Shown piece by piece: positions 19,559-31,349 of a DNA stretch of 64,000 nucleotides. Source of the stretch: Rhynchopus sp. YZ270_cl-10 (taxonomy: Eukaryota). The stretch spans positions 1 to 64,000 of the forward strand of contig OZ037843.1 of assembly GCA_964035575.1 (NCBI GenBank), given 5' to 3'. The notes below the pieces were generated by a model. It was given only the letters and a program-made list of their open reading frames with translations, was not told the origin of the DNA and made no database searches. Each line of letters begins with the position of its first letter. The stretch's first letter is position 1. The position numbers and the translations under genes are program-made.

Positions 19559-22500
19559 TTATTGAAAGTCCTCATCAACCGCGTCGACATCGATGGAGCA
19601 AGCCGCAGCACAGGAAGTGGCAGACGGGTGGGCGGAGGGTGCGGTGTGGCCACTTCCTGTCTGGGCGTTCATTGCTGCTGATGCGGTGGAGGAGTCGGAG
19701 GTGGACTGTGCGGCGGCGATGGGGGACTCTTCATCGCTCTCCATCATCACCTCTGCGGCAGTGTAGCGTCGTCCGAAAGGGGATGTGGGCTCAGCAGAAC
19801 AGGAAGTGGCAGACGGGTGGGCGGAGGGTGCTGTGTGGCCACTTCCTGTCTGCGATGTTGTAGCGGGTGCCGTGGTGGCATCGACCCCATCTGGGTCTCG
19901 CCCTCGGGACCCTGGATCCAAAGCTAGCGACACCGTCACCGTAGGGTCCCAATCATTCGCCCTATCCCGAAAGCTCGAGTCGCTCATTGCCCTGTTGAGG
20001 CAGTCCAGTGTGGACCGGATCTTCTTCTTTGCCGCCTCGGGAGCCTCCCAATTCAGCGCCTTCCAGGTGTGGAGCCATTCCCGAAACGCCCAGAAGCACC
20101 CCTCTGTGCCGAGTCGCGTATCCACCGCCCCTTGCCTGTGGTGGAAGGCCTCCACCCACTGCTGGACGTTCCGCATCACCGGCTGCCCCATTGACAGGCA
20201 GGGGTAGAAACCCCCTTTCGACACCGTGTACCCCCACTGCAGCTTCCGTGCGATCTCCTCCACCTTCTGCCGCGCTTCGCCCTCCACATCGTCCAGGCGA
20301 AAAGAGTCCGTCGGGGTCTCAGCGTCCGCCTTCGGGTTCTCGACCGCGGGGGTGGACTGCCTGGCCTTACGCACCCTGTTGTCCCGTTCTGTCGTCACCC
20401 TGGCCTGGGAGACCCCCTTCCTACGAGTCTGTGTGTCCCCGAGCTCGATACCCTGCTTTGCGGTACCTGGTTTCGCGGTTCCAGGCTTCTTGTCCTCCCC
20501 AGTGGACGGAGCAGCACGCGGCAGGAAGGCCTGAGGGAGGAGACAGGACGCAGTGCACAGCTTGGAGAAAGCCATGTCCTCCTCATCCCTCAAATCGCCA
20601 TGCGAGCGTTCAGCGTCCCTCAGCAGCAAAAGACACCGCTCAGACGTGGCGTGCAGGAGGATGGTCTCCCGTCCCTGCATGGACTCTTCGTTGCCGATGT
20701 TGCGGCGCCCCTCAGCCTCCTGTTCCTCGCACGAGGCAAACCCTAACCGGAACCTCAGACGGCTCTCCTCTCTCCTCTGCGATGCAGTGAGGCTCTGGGC
20801 TTGCCTTCGGTTCAAGGCACCTGCCTTCGTCAGCTCACTCGTCTTCGCCGATCCAGGCTGCGCTCCAGCGGGGCTGCGGACACCCATCGCCTTCTCCTGC
20901 ATCGTCTCACGTCGCTGCTCCGACGATTTGACCTTAGCAGAAACGAAGCGAGATGCACTCTCGGATCTGGCCCGGCGCAAGAGGACCTCCGCAGCCTCCC
21001 GTTCCTGCCTCTGGCGTTCCTCCGACAACCTCCTCCGCTCTGCCGACCGCCGGCGTAACTCTTTCCCCTCCTCTGGTGGGACTTCACCCTCAACCCCACC
21101 CTCGAAGCCCGATTCCCTATCCTCAGGTTCCTCGGCAAAGCGGGGTGGCGTCACCGGCTGGGGAGAAGCGTCAGTCTGGTGCAGGTCTTGCATCGTAGCG
21201 CCAGCCTGCTCCCAATCTCCTTGAGAAGAGGGCGGCATAGGAGGAGTCTCATCAGGGTGTGCAGGGTGACGGACCGGTGTCGCTCCTGTCTGAGTCTGAT
21301 CCACATCCATCTCCTCCTCCTTGACCCCGGCTTGGCGCATCTCAGCCTCATGGCGCTTCACCATCTCAGCTACCTCCAGTTCCTCTTCCCTTTCCCATTG
21401 GTCTTTCAGGGCACCCTCATGAACCCCCGCTCGTACACACCACCAAAGCCGCAGGAGACCCCTCTCAGTTTCATGGAACCGCATAAGGTCACGAACATGG
21501 GGAGCACCGTTGTCAATCGGGTCCTCATTCCCACGCCTGGTCCCTCTGGGCCCGTCTGGCTGGTCATCCATAGGGACCGGGGGCCCAGCACAAGTCACTT
21601 GGTCCTGGCTGACTCGGCACGCCACGCAACAGCTCGTGCAGCAAGTCGTACAGAAATGTGACTCTGCTTCCGCTCCTTCGCTGTGCCCATCGCATCCCCT
21701 GCAAATGAACGGGCCTGTCGTAGGCTCCCAAAGGCATGTGTCGGCACGTAGAGGCTTCGCTGCGCAGAGGATCTTGACTGCATCGACGTTCAGCGAGAGG
21801 GTCTCAAAGTGCCCGGCGATTACTCCAGTAAAAACCAGTCCCAGGGCTCCGTGGGGGGCACATAGGCGAGGGACATAGATTTTGGGCACGGCGCCCGGGG
21901 AGACAAGGATTATGGTCATCTCGAGTACCTCACATAAGCCCATGATCATCGTTTCATCCGCCCACGTGGTGTCGTCTCTGCATCCTTCTCGCAATTTCCG
22001 TTCCATCCACGATCGACGGTCTCCAGTGCGCGCAGCCAGCTTAGCGTCACGAAGAACTTGGGCAACTGCCAGTTTCCGGAGGAGCGATGACGAATGGTAG
22101 GGTGTATTCGGAGCGAAGTTCGCGGCCAAGGCGTCAAACAGGCAGTCACCCACAGTGAAGCTGTTCCTCGTACGCGAGCCAAGAAATTCTGCCTGCCTGT
22201 CCACCGCCCAAGACTTGAAGACATTCATATCTGTCAGAGAGTGGGTCGGGGAGAGGACCAGCTTCTCTAAGTTGTGTAGAAAAGATGAGGCCTCCTGATC
22301 GTCCTCCCTCGGTGTCGCCTGCGGGAATGTGGGTGACCTGGCTCTCTCAGCGCCCTTCATGTGCGTGTCGTGGGAAGTGTGCGGAGTAGGGGACGGAGCC
22401 GATGAGCGCACGTTACCACTGAGGATGTCAGCTAAGCCGTTCTGAGACGCCGGACAAAAGGGGGAGTCCCTTGAGCACAAATCGCACACCAACCTCTCGC

Positions 22501-22690
22501 ACCCCTCAGCACATTTGAAGTGCGCCTCGCAACCGTCGATGGGGCGAACGCAACGCCTACACTGGTACACCGTCCCCACCGGTGCAGACTGTGCTGCGGG
22601 GATACGCTTCATCATCGCCACAGACTTGCAGAAACGCTTCGACTTCGGCGCAGGTATCGGTTCCATGCCGAGGATTTCTCCCTTGAGTGC
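19559..22690 (-). CDS. Retrotransposon B polyprotein, C-terminal part after a -1 frameshift (Cys finger, OTU-like, Cys finger, C-terminal domain)
   Basis: The frame upstream of ATG 22666 reads ALKGEILGME, aligning with A's ALQQHILSFE. GDCLFDAL..TWADE..GHFE. GGFYPCLSMG..FHHRQG matches the A C-terminus. Confidence 0.8.
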   Translation of the reverse strand, partial: ALKGEILGMEPIPAPKSKRFCKSVAMMKRIPAAQSAPVGTVYQCRRCVRPIDGCEAHFKCAEGCERLVCDLCSRDSPFCPASQNGLADILSGNVRSSAPSPTPHTSHDTHMKGAERARSPTFPQATPREDDQEASSFLHNLEKLVLSPTHSLTDMNVFKSWAVDRQAEFLGSRTRNSFTVGDCLFDALAANFAPNTPYHSSSLLRKLAVAQVLRDAKLAARTGDRRSWMERKLREGCRDDTTWADETMIMGLCEVLEMTIILVSPGAVPKIYVPRLCAPHGALGLVFTGVIAGHFETLSLNVDAVKILCAAKPLRADTCLWEPTTGPFICRGCDGHSEGAEAESHFCTTCCTSCCVACRVSQDQVTCAGPPVPMDDQPDGPRGTRRGNEDPIDNGAPHVRDLMRFHETERGLLRLWWCVRAGVHEGALKDQWEREEELEVAEMVKRHEAEMRQAGVKEEEMDVDQTQTGATPVRHPAHPDETPPMPPSSQGDWEQAGATMQDLHQTDASPQPVTPPRFAEEPEDRESGFEGGVEGEVPPEEGKELRRRSAERRRLSEERQRQEREAAEVLLRRARSESASRFVSAKVKSSEQRRETMQEKAMGVRSPAGAQPGSAKTSELTKAGALNRRQAQSLTASQRREESRLRFRLGFASCEEQEAEGRRNIGNEESMQGRETILLHATSERCLLLLRDAERSHGDLRDEEDMAFSKLCTASCLLPQAFLPRAAPSTGEDKKPGTAKPGTAKQGIELGDTQTRRKGVSQARVTTERDNRVRKARQSTPAVENPKADAETPTDSFRLDDVEGEARQKVEEIARKLQWGYTVSKGGFYPCLSMGQPVMRNVQQWVEAFHHRQGAVDTRLGTEGCFWAFREWLHTWKALNWEAPEAAKKKIRSTLDCLNRAMSDSSFRDRANDWDPTVTVSLALDPGSRGRDPDGVDATTAPATTSQTGSGHTAPSAHPSATSCSAEPTSPFGRRYTAAEVMMESDEESPIAAAQSTSDSSTASAAMNAQTGSGHTAPSAHPSATSCAAACSIDVDAVDEDFQ

Positions 22691-25600
22691 GAGTCTGTGA
22701 AGGAGAGGGGGCTGAGGAACCAGTCCTGTGAATCGTCATCAACCGGACCTGCGAAAACGAAGAGCGCCTCCCGGGCCCTTTTGGTCGGCACCAGAATTTG
22801 GGGACGCATGCGATCACAGATGATCACAATGGTGCACTCTAAAGCCTCTCCCGCGCCAGCAAGTGCCACCATATCCATCCAAGTGCGGGCGTCCGATCGG
22901 TCGCTGCTCTTTGTGCCCATGTACTCCAGCCAGTTCTTCACAGGAATGGAGATGCAATCCGCGAGGTCCGGTCGGTCATTTTTTACAATCTCCACAGCAC
23001 GTCTCCGGAGTTCCTTATGACTCGTCTCTCCGTTGATGTCTTCAATCAAAAGATCCTTCTTGAGATCCACCGAGCATGCGGTCAGCAGTGCATCGAACCC
23101 GCTGTCACCTCTCAGGATTTTGTAACGCTGGGGGTGTGTGAGCCCCAGTCGTGCAGCCTGCGTCTCTGCGTCAGGGCATGCGCCATCTGCCATCATGCGG
23201 AGGATGTTCCAATACGCAGCAGGTGTCTCCCCCCCGGCCTGACGCCCCGCTCGGAAAGGATTGTGTCGGAAGACCGTTCCACCCACCTTCTTCTCTGGCA
23301 TTGAGAAGTAGTCGCGCGGTTCATGCGCTATTTCGGCTTCCTCGACCTCCACAGACGGTTCACGCTCCGGTAAGTTGCTGACAGGGTTGCTGAGGTATGT
23401 GGAATCCATCTGCCTGAGATCTTCTTCCGCGGGACGCTGAACTGAGTCGGCGCTGTGGGGCAAGTGTTCATTGATGTCTGTGCAAAGCACGCCTCGGGCA
23501 ACAAAGGACTTACCCACGGCTGCTTGGTATGCGCACGACATATGCTCCCGTAGCCTCGCCTCAGTCGGTGCATCGCCGCCAGGGTCCTTTGTGCACGCAA
23601 GCCCGGCCACCTGGCTGATGACCCGGTTGCACTCTTCCGATGCCCCACCGAAGGCCTCAAACACCATGGGGGAGAAGAGCACGTCCGCACCTCTGCAATC
23701 CTCCAGGTGTTTCTTCCGCTTCTCCTCCCCGGCCACTTTGGCTGCGTACTCGCTATGTTGTGCCGCTCGATGCACGTAAGTGGGGAGGGTCGGAGCTACT
23801 ACTGTGAAATCCAAAGCTCTTCGCCGGGTCTCCATGATGCCAGATGGGAGGAACACGTCTGCCGGCCTCTTCCCAGACTCAAAACCCAAGTCTTTCTCCA
23901 AAGAGGGGTTGAGCCCCGCCGCATCCGCTGCCAAGAAAAAGGAGTGCTTCAGGGCGTCATGCCGTTCGGTTCTGTGACCCATGTAGCCGCAAGAGAAAGT
24001 GTGGTCCCCGAAAGCATCCATGCACACCCCATCTCTGCTACATCCGTTGCACTCACTCTTAGGCTTGTGCACTGCCACACCCAGACGAAATCGGGCTGCC
24101 CCCGCGAAGTATGCAGAGGGGATGGAATTGGGGGGCGAGGCCGTGGCGGTCAGCCAGGTGCCAGACATAGGGAGTTGCAGAGAAAGCAGGCGTGCTCGAT
24201 CCCGGTCGCTGGTGGCCACTCGCTTCAGCTCTGCTGCTTGTTCGTCCACGATGGCTGATGACAGCTGCTGTTGCACCACAGCCTTGGAAGGCATCCTATC
24301 CCCATCGATGTGCTGCGACGCAGGTACTCTGGTGTTGTACGCCTCGGCTGCATTCTTCCACCTTGCCTTGTCCCATTCGAACTTCGGGTCCAGCTGCTGG
24401 GCAAGCTTGAAAGACCCAGCTTGCGATGCCAGGGCTGCAGCGGGCCAATGGTCGACTGTGCGACGAATGCCTAAACCCCCTATGGCGATGGGGAGGGCAG
24501 CCTGCAGGCGGGCCTGTGCTGGCAAGGCCCCGTGCTCATCATGCAGGATCGTCGCCAAACACCTGTCCACCTCCGCATCAAAATCCCGGAGGTAGCCCTC
24601 CCCTAGGTCCACACATGATATTCCACGCATGTAGAATACCATTTTGCAAAATCCCTCACAAAAGCGCAAGATGTAGTACGCATGCTGTGAGTCTTTGAGG
24701 TTTCTGAGGGCGTTCAAGTTCAACTTCGACTTATCTAGCTTGCTCTGCATGTACTTCCTGCAGTGCTCTGCTGTGCCGATGGGGATGCCCAGGAAGTCGA
24801 AGTTCTGGTTGTGGAGGGAGAAGCCGTCGTTGTGCCCGTCAGACGCATCCCGGATGGTGAACCCCCTATTACGCAGATCTTCCGCAGAGTCGCCCGCCAA
24901 CGTCACAAGTTCGCATTTTGAACGGTTGACTTTTAGACCAAGGCGGCTGCTCGAATCCACTAGGGCATCGTAAGCGGCCAGGACTGCCTCAGGATCCCCC
25001 CGAATGCAACCATCGTCCAGGTACCAAATAGACCCGTCGAGGCCCCTGTTCGCGCTCAACCTTTCTGTCATCTCAGCAATCGCCAAAGAGAAGAGGATAG
25101 GGCCTAGTGGGTCACCTTGTTGGACCCCACATTGGGACTCAAGTGTAGCCTCACCATAAAATAGGGAGGTGTGGCCGGCGTAGCACCACCTCACCCACGT
25201 GGAGATCTCAGGGATGTGCCGTTCAACTGCACTGATGAAGGTGGCCCTATCTACAGTGTTGAAAGCATTGTGATAGTCCACCTTCAGGATCACCTTGTCC
25301 ATCCCCAGGTACTTCCGTGCATACTGTGCCACCACTGCAGTGGCAGCCTCCGAGCCCCGCGGCGTTGAAACCCCCACCTGGTTCCCCTTGCGGAAAATTT
25401 CAGCCGCCCGTTTCCGTAGCCTGTTTGCCAGAATCTTGCCAATCAACCGGCGAGTCACGTCTCCCACTGCGATCGGACGCACATCCTCAGGCTTGTCTTT
25501 TGAGACCTTCCTGAGGGCTACCAGCTTGGCTCCGGCAAAGAAAGGCGCGACCTCTCGGTGAGCTTTGCCTTGTGCCAATGAGGACAACACCTTCGTTAGA

Positions 25601-28437
25601 GCAGCGAGCGTGCCAGGGGTATGCTTCTGGTTGCACAGGACACGGAGGAGTGATCCTGTCAGGTTTGACGGACCACCTGCAGTGGCTCGCGGCATGCTGC
25701 TGATTGCTTCCATAACCTCCTTGGTGGTGAAATCGGCGGGCCCAGAGGGGTTCCTCACATTCTCATGTATAACCGATCGGATCTCCGTGGGGTGTTTGCC
25801 CTTCAGCTTCTCCAGAGTTGCGGGTCCATGTGGTGCGAGTCCGTCACTGGTGAGGGCTGTCAGGGCCTGGCCCGGAAGTCCCGTTGCTGCCTTCAAACGG
25901 GAGCGTTTCTGGCGCGCCTCCAAAGTGTCCCCTGGTGTCCACACAGGCTGGTCCTGTACCTCATCCAAAGCGTTGGACCAAAGCTCCCCCCAGCTCCCAG
26001 CGTCCCACCTATCCAGGTCCTTTTTCCAGGAGTTGAAACAACGTCGATCTGTTACCTTCGTCCTGCGTCCGTGCGCACGGTCCCTGTGTAAGACAGTGAA
26101 GAACAGGGCAAACTTCGTCCAGGCACAAGGGTCCTGATGCACCAGGATCTCCTGCAGTACCCTCTGGAAGATGAGGGTGTAGCGGTGGGCCAGGTCAGGT
26201 GGGCAGGTTCCTTTCAGCTTGAACCGTGTGGTCCCAATCTCCTGCAAAGAGGGCATGCCAGCGGGGCGGGCGCCGCGGAGGCTGTCTATGGATGGGGCTG
26301 GTACCTCTTTCATTATAGCCGAACACGCCTGGCACGCGCTCTGTGAACGTTGTAGGAGGGCCGTGCACTCGTCTCCGACGCATCTCCTAAAACCGAAGTA
26401 GGACAAGATGTGATCTGGAATGTACTCAGCCGCTCTCGTATGGAGCTTCAAATGATTTAGGAGGCCGGACCGTGTGAACGACTTCACATCTGATTGTGAA
26501 ACTATGCCACCCTTGCAACCCTCCACTGGGCAAAAGCAGAAGTCCTCCTCCGGTTTACCAAGACAGGATTCCAGATCCTCACCCGAGGGGTCCGATGTAG
26601 ACAACGGGCACTGGTCCAGGGCCAAGGGGTTCAGCTTCGCTCTGACCGCTTTCTTCAGCAAGGCCGACGATATGTCCCGAAAGTCCCTCTCATCTACCGG
26701 ACGGATAGCCTCGTAATGGCCATTGCACAGCGCCACGGCTACCGTCGTGCGACCCATCAACTCCTTGGCGCGCTTTTCCTCGTTCTTTATGTTCCCCTCA
26801 CCTGGCGCGATCAGGACGATCGGGGTCGCTCCAGCCTGAACGATGACGATGTTGAGGTTGCGCCTCACCGCGAAGAGACGCAGGGCAAGGTGGTCCAACT
26901 TTGCAGATCCTCTGACCCCATCAATCCAACGAGTGAGCGCATCGCCGGACTTGAGGACACTCCTCATCGCACGTTCTAGCGTTACCGCCAAGTCGCCGAT
27001 GTCTTTCCGGTCGGTGGAGTAGGACGGCGGAGCGGAGCGCCAACCCGATGCGTGAATGGCCGCTAGGCTGCAGTCGTGTACAAAATTATTTGGTACACGT
27101 TGGGCATGGGCTTCCCCCAGGATTCTGTCCACTTCCAGAGCATGATCTCCGTATGTCGCGGACAGCGTTGCATCGGCACATCCACCAACTAACTGGTCGT
27201 GCGGGATGTATTCCTCAGGGAACTCCCAGTCGTCAACCTCATCGCGCAATCCCCAAGCCCAGTCGTCGTCACCTTCCACGAACTCATCATCCCATACAGC
27301 GACCTCCTCATCACCCACATCCTCTGCCAGGTGAGCAACCTCGTCATCCCAATGGGCGGCCTCCTCAACTTTCACAAATCGAGGTGTTGGTGGGCGCAGG
27401 TCCCAGGGCGTCACCGCTCGCCACAACAGCGACAGCGAGACCAGTAGGGACATCCCGATCCAGAGTAGCGGGCCATCAGCCTGGATCGCAGATCCGACCA
27501 GCGACACCGCAAGCCTCAACAGGCGCCACTCCCTTCGCACTCGGCACAGTGCGCTCAGAAAAAGGCGTGCAACCGGAGAGGGCGGACGAGTGTGCGCCTT
27601 GCGCCGATGGAGCTTGCCTGCCTGCGTCTTGATCCAGTTCAAGGACCTGTACCCCCGTCGCGTCTTCCTGGTCCTCCTACGCATCAGCCACAAAATGTAA
27701 TGACTGAGGGTAGGGGCACGTCTGTCCTTCCACAGATCGAGGACTGCAAACGACACAAACACACCCCACTCAGGTGCCTCGGCTACCCAGCGGGGGTCTG
27801 GTCGGCGAAGAGAAGAAAGGCGTTCCCAGAGGATGCTCCACCAGTCAAACCCAAGCCCATGTTCTGCACGCCCCATGTGAACATTGGGGGTGAGAACAGT
27901 ACTCCACATACGCATCGACACACAGCCACCTAAAGTTTCAGGCCCCACAAGGCTGCCCCAGAACACCAGCATACCTCCGCTGTCACCATGTGGGCTGTTG
28001 TTGGAGTTGCTGCTGTTGTAGTCTCTGAAGGTGTTGCTGTTGTTGCGGTTGCAGCTGCTGCTGTTGTTGCTGCTGTTGTAGCCTCTGATGGTGTTGCTGC
28101 TGGTGTTGCTGCTGGTGCTGCCGCTGGTGCTGCTGTTGTTGCATTTGCTGCTACTGCTGCTGCTATCACTGGTGCTGCTGTTGTAGCTGTTACTGCCGTT
28201 ACTGCTAATGTTGTTGTTGTTGCTGCTGTTGTGGCCTCTGATGGTGTTGCTGCTGGTGCTGCTGCTGGTGCTGCTGCTGGTGCTGCTGTTGTTGCAGTTG
28301 CTGCTGCTGCTGCTGCTATCACTGGTGCTGCTGTTGTTGCTGTTACTGTAGCTACTGCTAAAGTTGCTGTTGATGCTGCTGTTGTAGCCTCTGATGGTGT
28401 TGCTGCCGGTGTTGTTGCTGGTGCTGCTGCTGTTGCG

Positions 28438-28470
<33 letters not shown>

Positions 28471-29529
28471 ATCGCTGCTGCTGCTGTTGCTGGGACTGTT
28501 GTAATTGTGGCTTCTGCTGTGTTGTACGTCTAAATAGCTGCATACACCCGTATCACATCGCACACCTGGCTCTCCACCTCTACACCAGTGTCTGCTGTTG
28601 TTGCTGGAGTTGTTGTTGTTGCTGCTATCAAAGCTGCAGCCGCTTAGGTTGTTGGGCACCAAAGGCCTCTTTTTGGGGTAATAATGGGGGGGAATGGGGG
28701 GACTGTTTCTGCTGGCGCTGCAGAAGTTGCTGTTGCAGCAGTTGCTGTTGCTGTTGGTGTTGGTGTTGCCATTGCTGTATTTGATGATGAAGCTCTTGTT
28801 GCAGCCGTTGCAGTTGCAGTAGTTGGAGCTGTTGCTGCTGCTCTTGCTGCTGTTGCTGAGGCAGTTGCTGTTGTTGTTGCTGTGGCAGTTGCCATTGCTG
28901 TTGTTGCTGTTGATGTTACTCTTGTTGCAGCTGTTGCATTTGCTGTAGGTGGAGCTGATGCTGTTGCTCTTGTTGCTGTTGCTGAGGCAGATGCTGTTGC
29001 TGTTGCTGTTGCTGTAGTAGTTGCCATTGCTGTAGTTGCTGATGTTGTAGCTCTTGTTGCGACCGTTGCAGTTGCTGTAGGTGGAGCTGATACTGTAGCA
29101 CTTGCTGCTGTTGTTGCTGTTACTGCAGTAGTTGCCATTGCTGTTGTTGCTGTTGCTGTTGCTCTTGCTGCTGTTGCTGTAGCAGTTGCTGTTGTTGTTG
29201 CTGTTACTGCAGTAGCTGCCATTGCTGTTGTTGCTGTTGATGTTGCTCTTGTTGCAACCGTTGCAGTTGCTGTAGGTGGAGCTGATGCTGTTGTTCTTGC
29301 TGCTGTTGCTGTAGCAGTTGCTGTTGCTGTAGCAGTTGCTGTTGTTGTTGCTGTTACTGCAGTAGCTGCCATTGCTGTTGTTGCTGTTGATGTTGCTCTT
29401 GTTGCAACCGTTGCAGTTGCTGTAGGTGGAGCTGATGCTGTTGTTCTTGCTGCTGTTGCTGTAGCAGTTGCTGTTGTTGCTGCCCACCACCAACACACAT
29501 AGCACCCCCAGAAGGGCCTTCCTCCGCAT
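22612..29529 (-). CDS. Retrotransposon B polyprotein, N-terminal part (leader, OTU-like, Zn fingers, RT, REL, inactive OTU-like)
   Basis: MRRKALLG start; LVGG|C; HDCS..GHYE; CPVEGC..HLKLH; DVRPIAVGD, KVDYHNAFN, QQGDPLGP, YLDD (25012-23); CNGC..DHTFSC..RHD; RPAD..LDFT..FEAFG. Confidence 0.9.
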
Positions 29530-29678
29530 ATTTTTTTTTCTCCTTTGTGAAAAAGGAAAACAAGTTGGAAAATAAAGGGCAAGAAAAAGGAGAAAAAAGC
29601 ACTCAGACTGAACTGGCTTCTAAGCTCAGAGTGAGCAAAAATAAGCCTCAGAAACTGAGACCAGGTCTGCACGTTCTT

Positions 29679-29887
29679 CTGTGCTGCTTCGTGGTGACAG
29701 GGACGCCTCGTGTAGGCGAGCACAGGAACTACCTGGGAAGAAAGCAGAACCGTTCCAGGGGTTCGTCTGGGTCTTCTAGCTCTTTCACAAGAGAATGCCT
29801 AGACGGCTTCTGGGGGAGGGTCTTTGGGCAGGTAGTGAGGGTTGTGTAGGAAAGCAAAAAGAAAATGTGTAAAAAAAACGTGTCCCC
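29679..29887 (-). ncRNA. HDV-like ribozyme at the 5' end of B (6-bp P1, minimal P4)
   Basis: On the - strand: P1 GGGGAC/GTCCCT, P2 CTGTGCT/AGCACAG, P3 GCC/GGC, L3 TACACGA, P1.1 AC/GT (covaries with CC/GG in A), J4/2 ACGAA. Confidence 0.68.
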
Positions 29888-29989
29888 TTTTTAAAAAAAC
29901 GTGTCCCCTTTTTTAAAAAAACGTGTCCCCTTTTTTAAAAAAACGTGTCCCCTTAACGTGTCCTTAACGTGTCCCCTTAACGTGTCCCC
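29871..29989 (-). repeat. Tandem 5' repeats of B, GGGGACACG(T)n(A)n, ~7 units of variable length
   Basis: Repeated ACGTGTCC(CC)T on the + strand. Confidence 0.85.
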
Positions 29990-29990
29990 T

Positions 29991-31279
29991 AGGTGGTTTT
30001 TTTTGTAAGCACCTCACACACTGGGCAGGCGGTCAGCTATTCGCTTCCCGCGGGGCGTTCGCGTGCGCGCTTCGCGCGCGTGCGCGCTTCGCGCGCCCGC
30101 TCACGGTAACGTGTACAAAAAAACCTCACTCATGCCTGTAAAGTGGCCTGTTAAAAAGTGGTGTTTTTGTCGTAAACGCCAGATGGTCAAAAGAGTGATC
30201 TGACCATATTCCCCAGGTATAACTGGTACTCAAAAAGTTCATTAACGAAGGAATCTTGCACTTTTGACCATCACATATTACATGTGTTTTTTCAGGTTTT
30301 TCAATGCACTTTCCTGTGCTGGGAAGCATGCCACAAGTGTCATGTTTTACAAGGTAAAAATGACCAAAAAAGCTGATTTTTGGCCGAATGCCACATGTCA
30401 TTTGGCAGTCCATTTTCTGAACACGACTGAAAAAAAATTTTTTTTGGGCCTCAATACCCCCAAACAACACGTTAAGCCCAAAAAATTCACTTTCTGATGA
30501 GCAACTATTTATTTAAAAAAATCGATTTTTTGGTCAAATCCCCTCTGGTGGTGAGGGGGTGTGTGTGTGTGTGTGTGTGGGTGTGTGTGGGTGTGCTGTG
30601 TGTGGGTGTGTAGTGTGTGTGGTGTGGGTGGCGCACATCTCTATAGTAAAGACTAAAAAACTAAGGTTTTTTAGGATTTTTTCATGCATCCCCAAAGTAT
30701 GTAGACAGAGAGTCAAGACCACCTTGGCCAAAAGGGTTTTTTCACCACACTTTTCTTTTGCTTCCATTCGTGGAAGCGTTTGCTTTTCTTCTGTTCCTGG
30801 CCTGACGTGTGTTCAACAGGTGTGCTATTTTTACTGAGTGGAATCCATTTTTCTTTTTCCAGGTGAGGCACTAAAACAAGACATCCTGCAGACAACGAAA
30901 CAATGGGCACGTGTGTTTTTTATTCTCCCTTCCCTTCTTTTAAGTAAGGAGGATTAGGTCTTCTTTTTTTCCTTTTTTTGCCCCATAAGTGTGACGCCTG
31001 TGTATTCAAATTGATTAAAAAGAATAAAAAACAAACACACGATGCAGTTTCTTGTTTTGTTTAGGAGGAAGTGGCCACTTACTTTACTTTACCGCCCACC
31101 TTTTATACTAAAACTTGAAACACCGACCTTTTTTGGTCATCATTTTTTCATTTCCTTTTTCCTTTTCCATTTTCCTGTTCATTTTATTGTCTTTATTGTT
31201 TACTCCATTCTTCCTTTTTCCTTTCTTCTATTCTCACATACAAAAAAAGACCAAGTACATAAAAGAGAAAAAAAAAAAA
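29991..31279 (+). mobile_element. Non-autonomous retroposon N2 ending in poly(A) fused to GGTTTGCG repeats
   Basis: 3' ~600 nt homologous to N1, including the empty A1 site at 30920-30930. Ends ...AAAAGAG(A)12 at 31279. Confidence 0.8.
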
Positions 31280-31349
31280 GGTTTGCGGGTTTGCGGGTTT
31301 GCGGGTTTGCGGGTTTGCGGGTTTGCGGGTTTGCGGGTTTGCGGGTTTG
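31280..31349 (+). repeat. Interstitial 70-bp (GGGTTTGC) tract, candidate fossil telomere
   Basis: Same unit and orientation as 1-5527. It caps a left-truncated copy of the block at 38577, with 2-bp TG microhomology. Confidence 0.9.

Larger units (their letters stand above)
19189..29989 (-). mobile_element. CRE-like non-LTR retrotransposon B (paralogous family), 3' boundary uncertain
   Basis: 5' GGGGACACGTT repeats (29871-29989), HDV-like ribozyme, ORFs colinear with A. No poly(A) or TSD recognised at the 3' end. Confidence 0.85.

Noticed and set aside
22680..22715. Programmed -1 frameshift in B
   Set aside because: No X XXY YYZ heptamer, and A is continuous at the equivalent position.
18513..30678. 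~680-bp direct repeats flanking B as LTRs or a giant TSD
   Set aside because: The copies differ by many substitutions and indels. B has a non-LTR RT/REL and no integrase.
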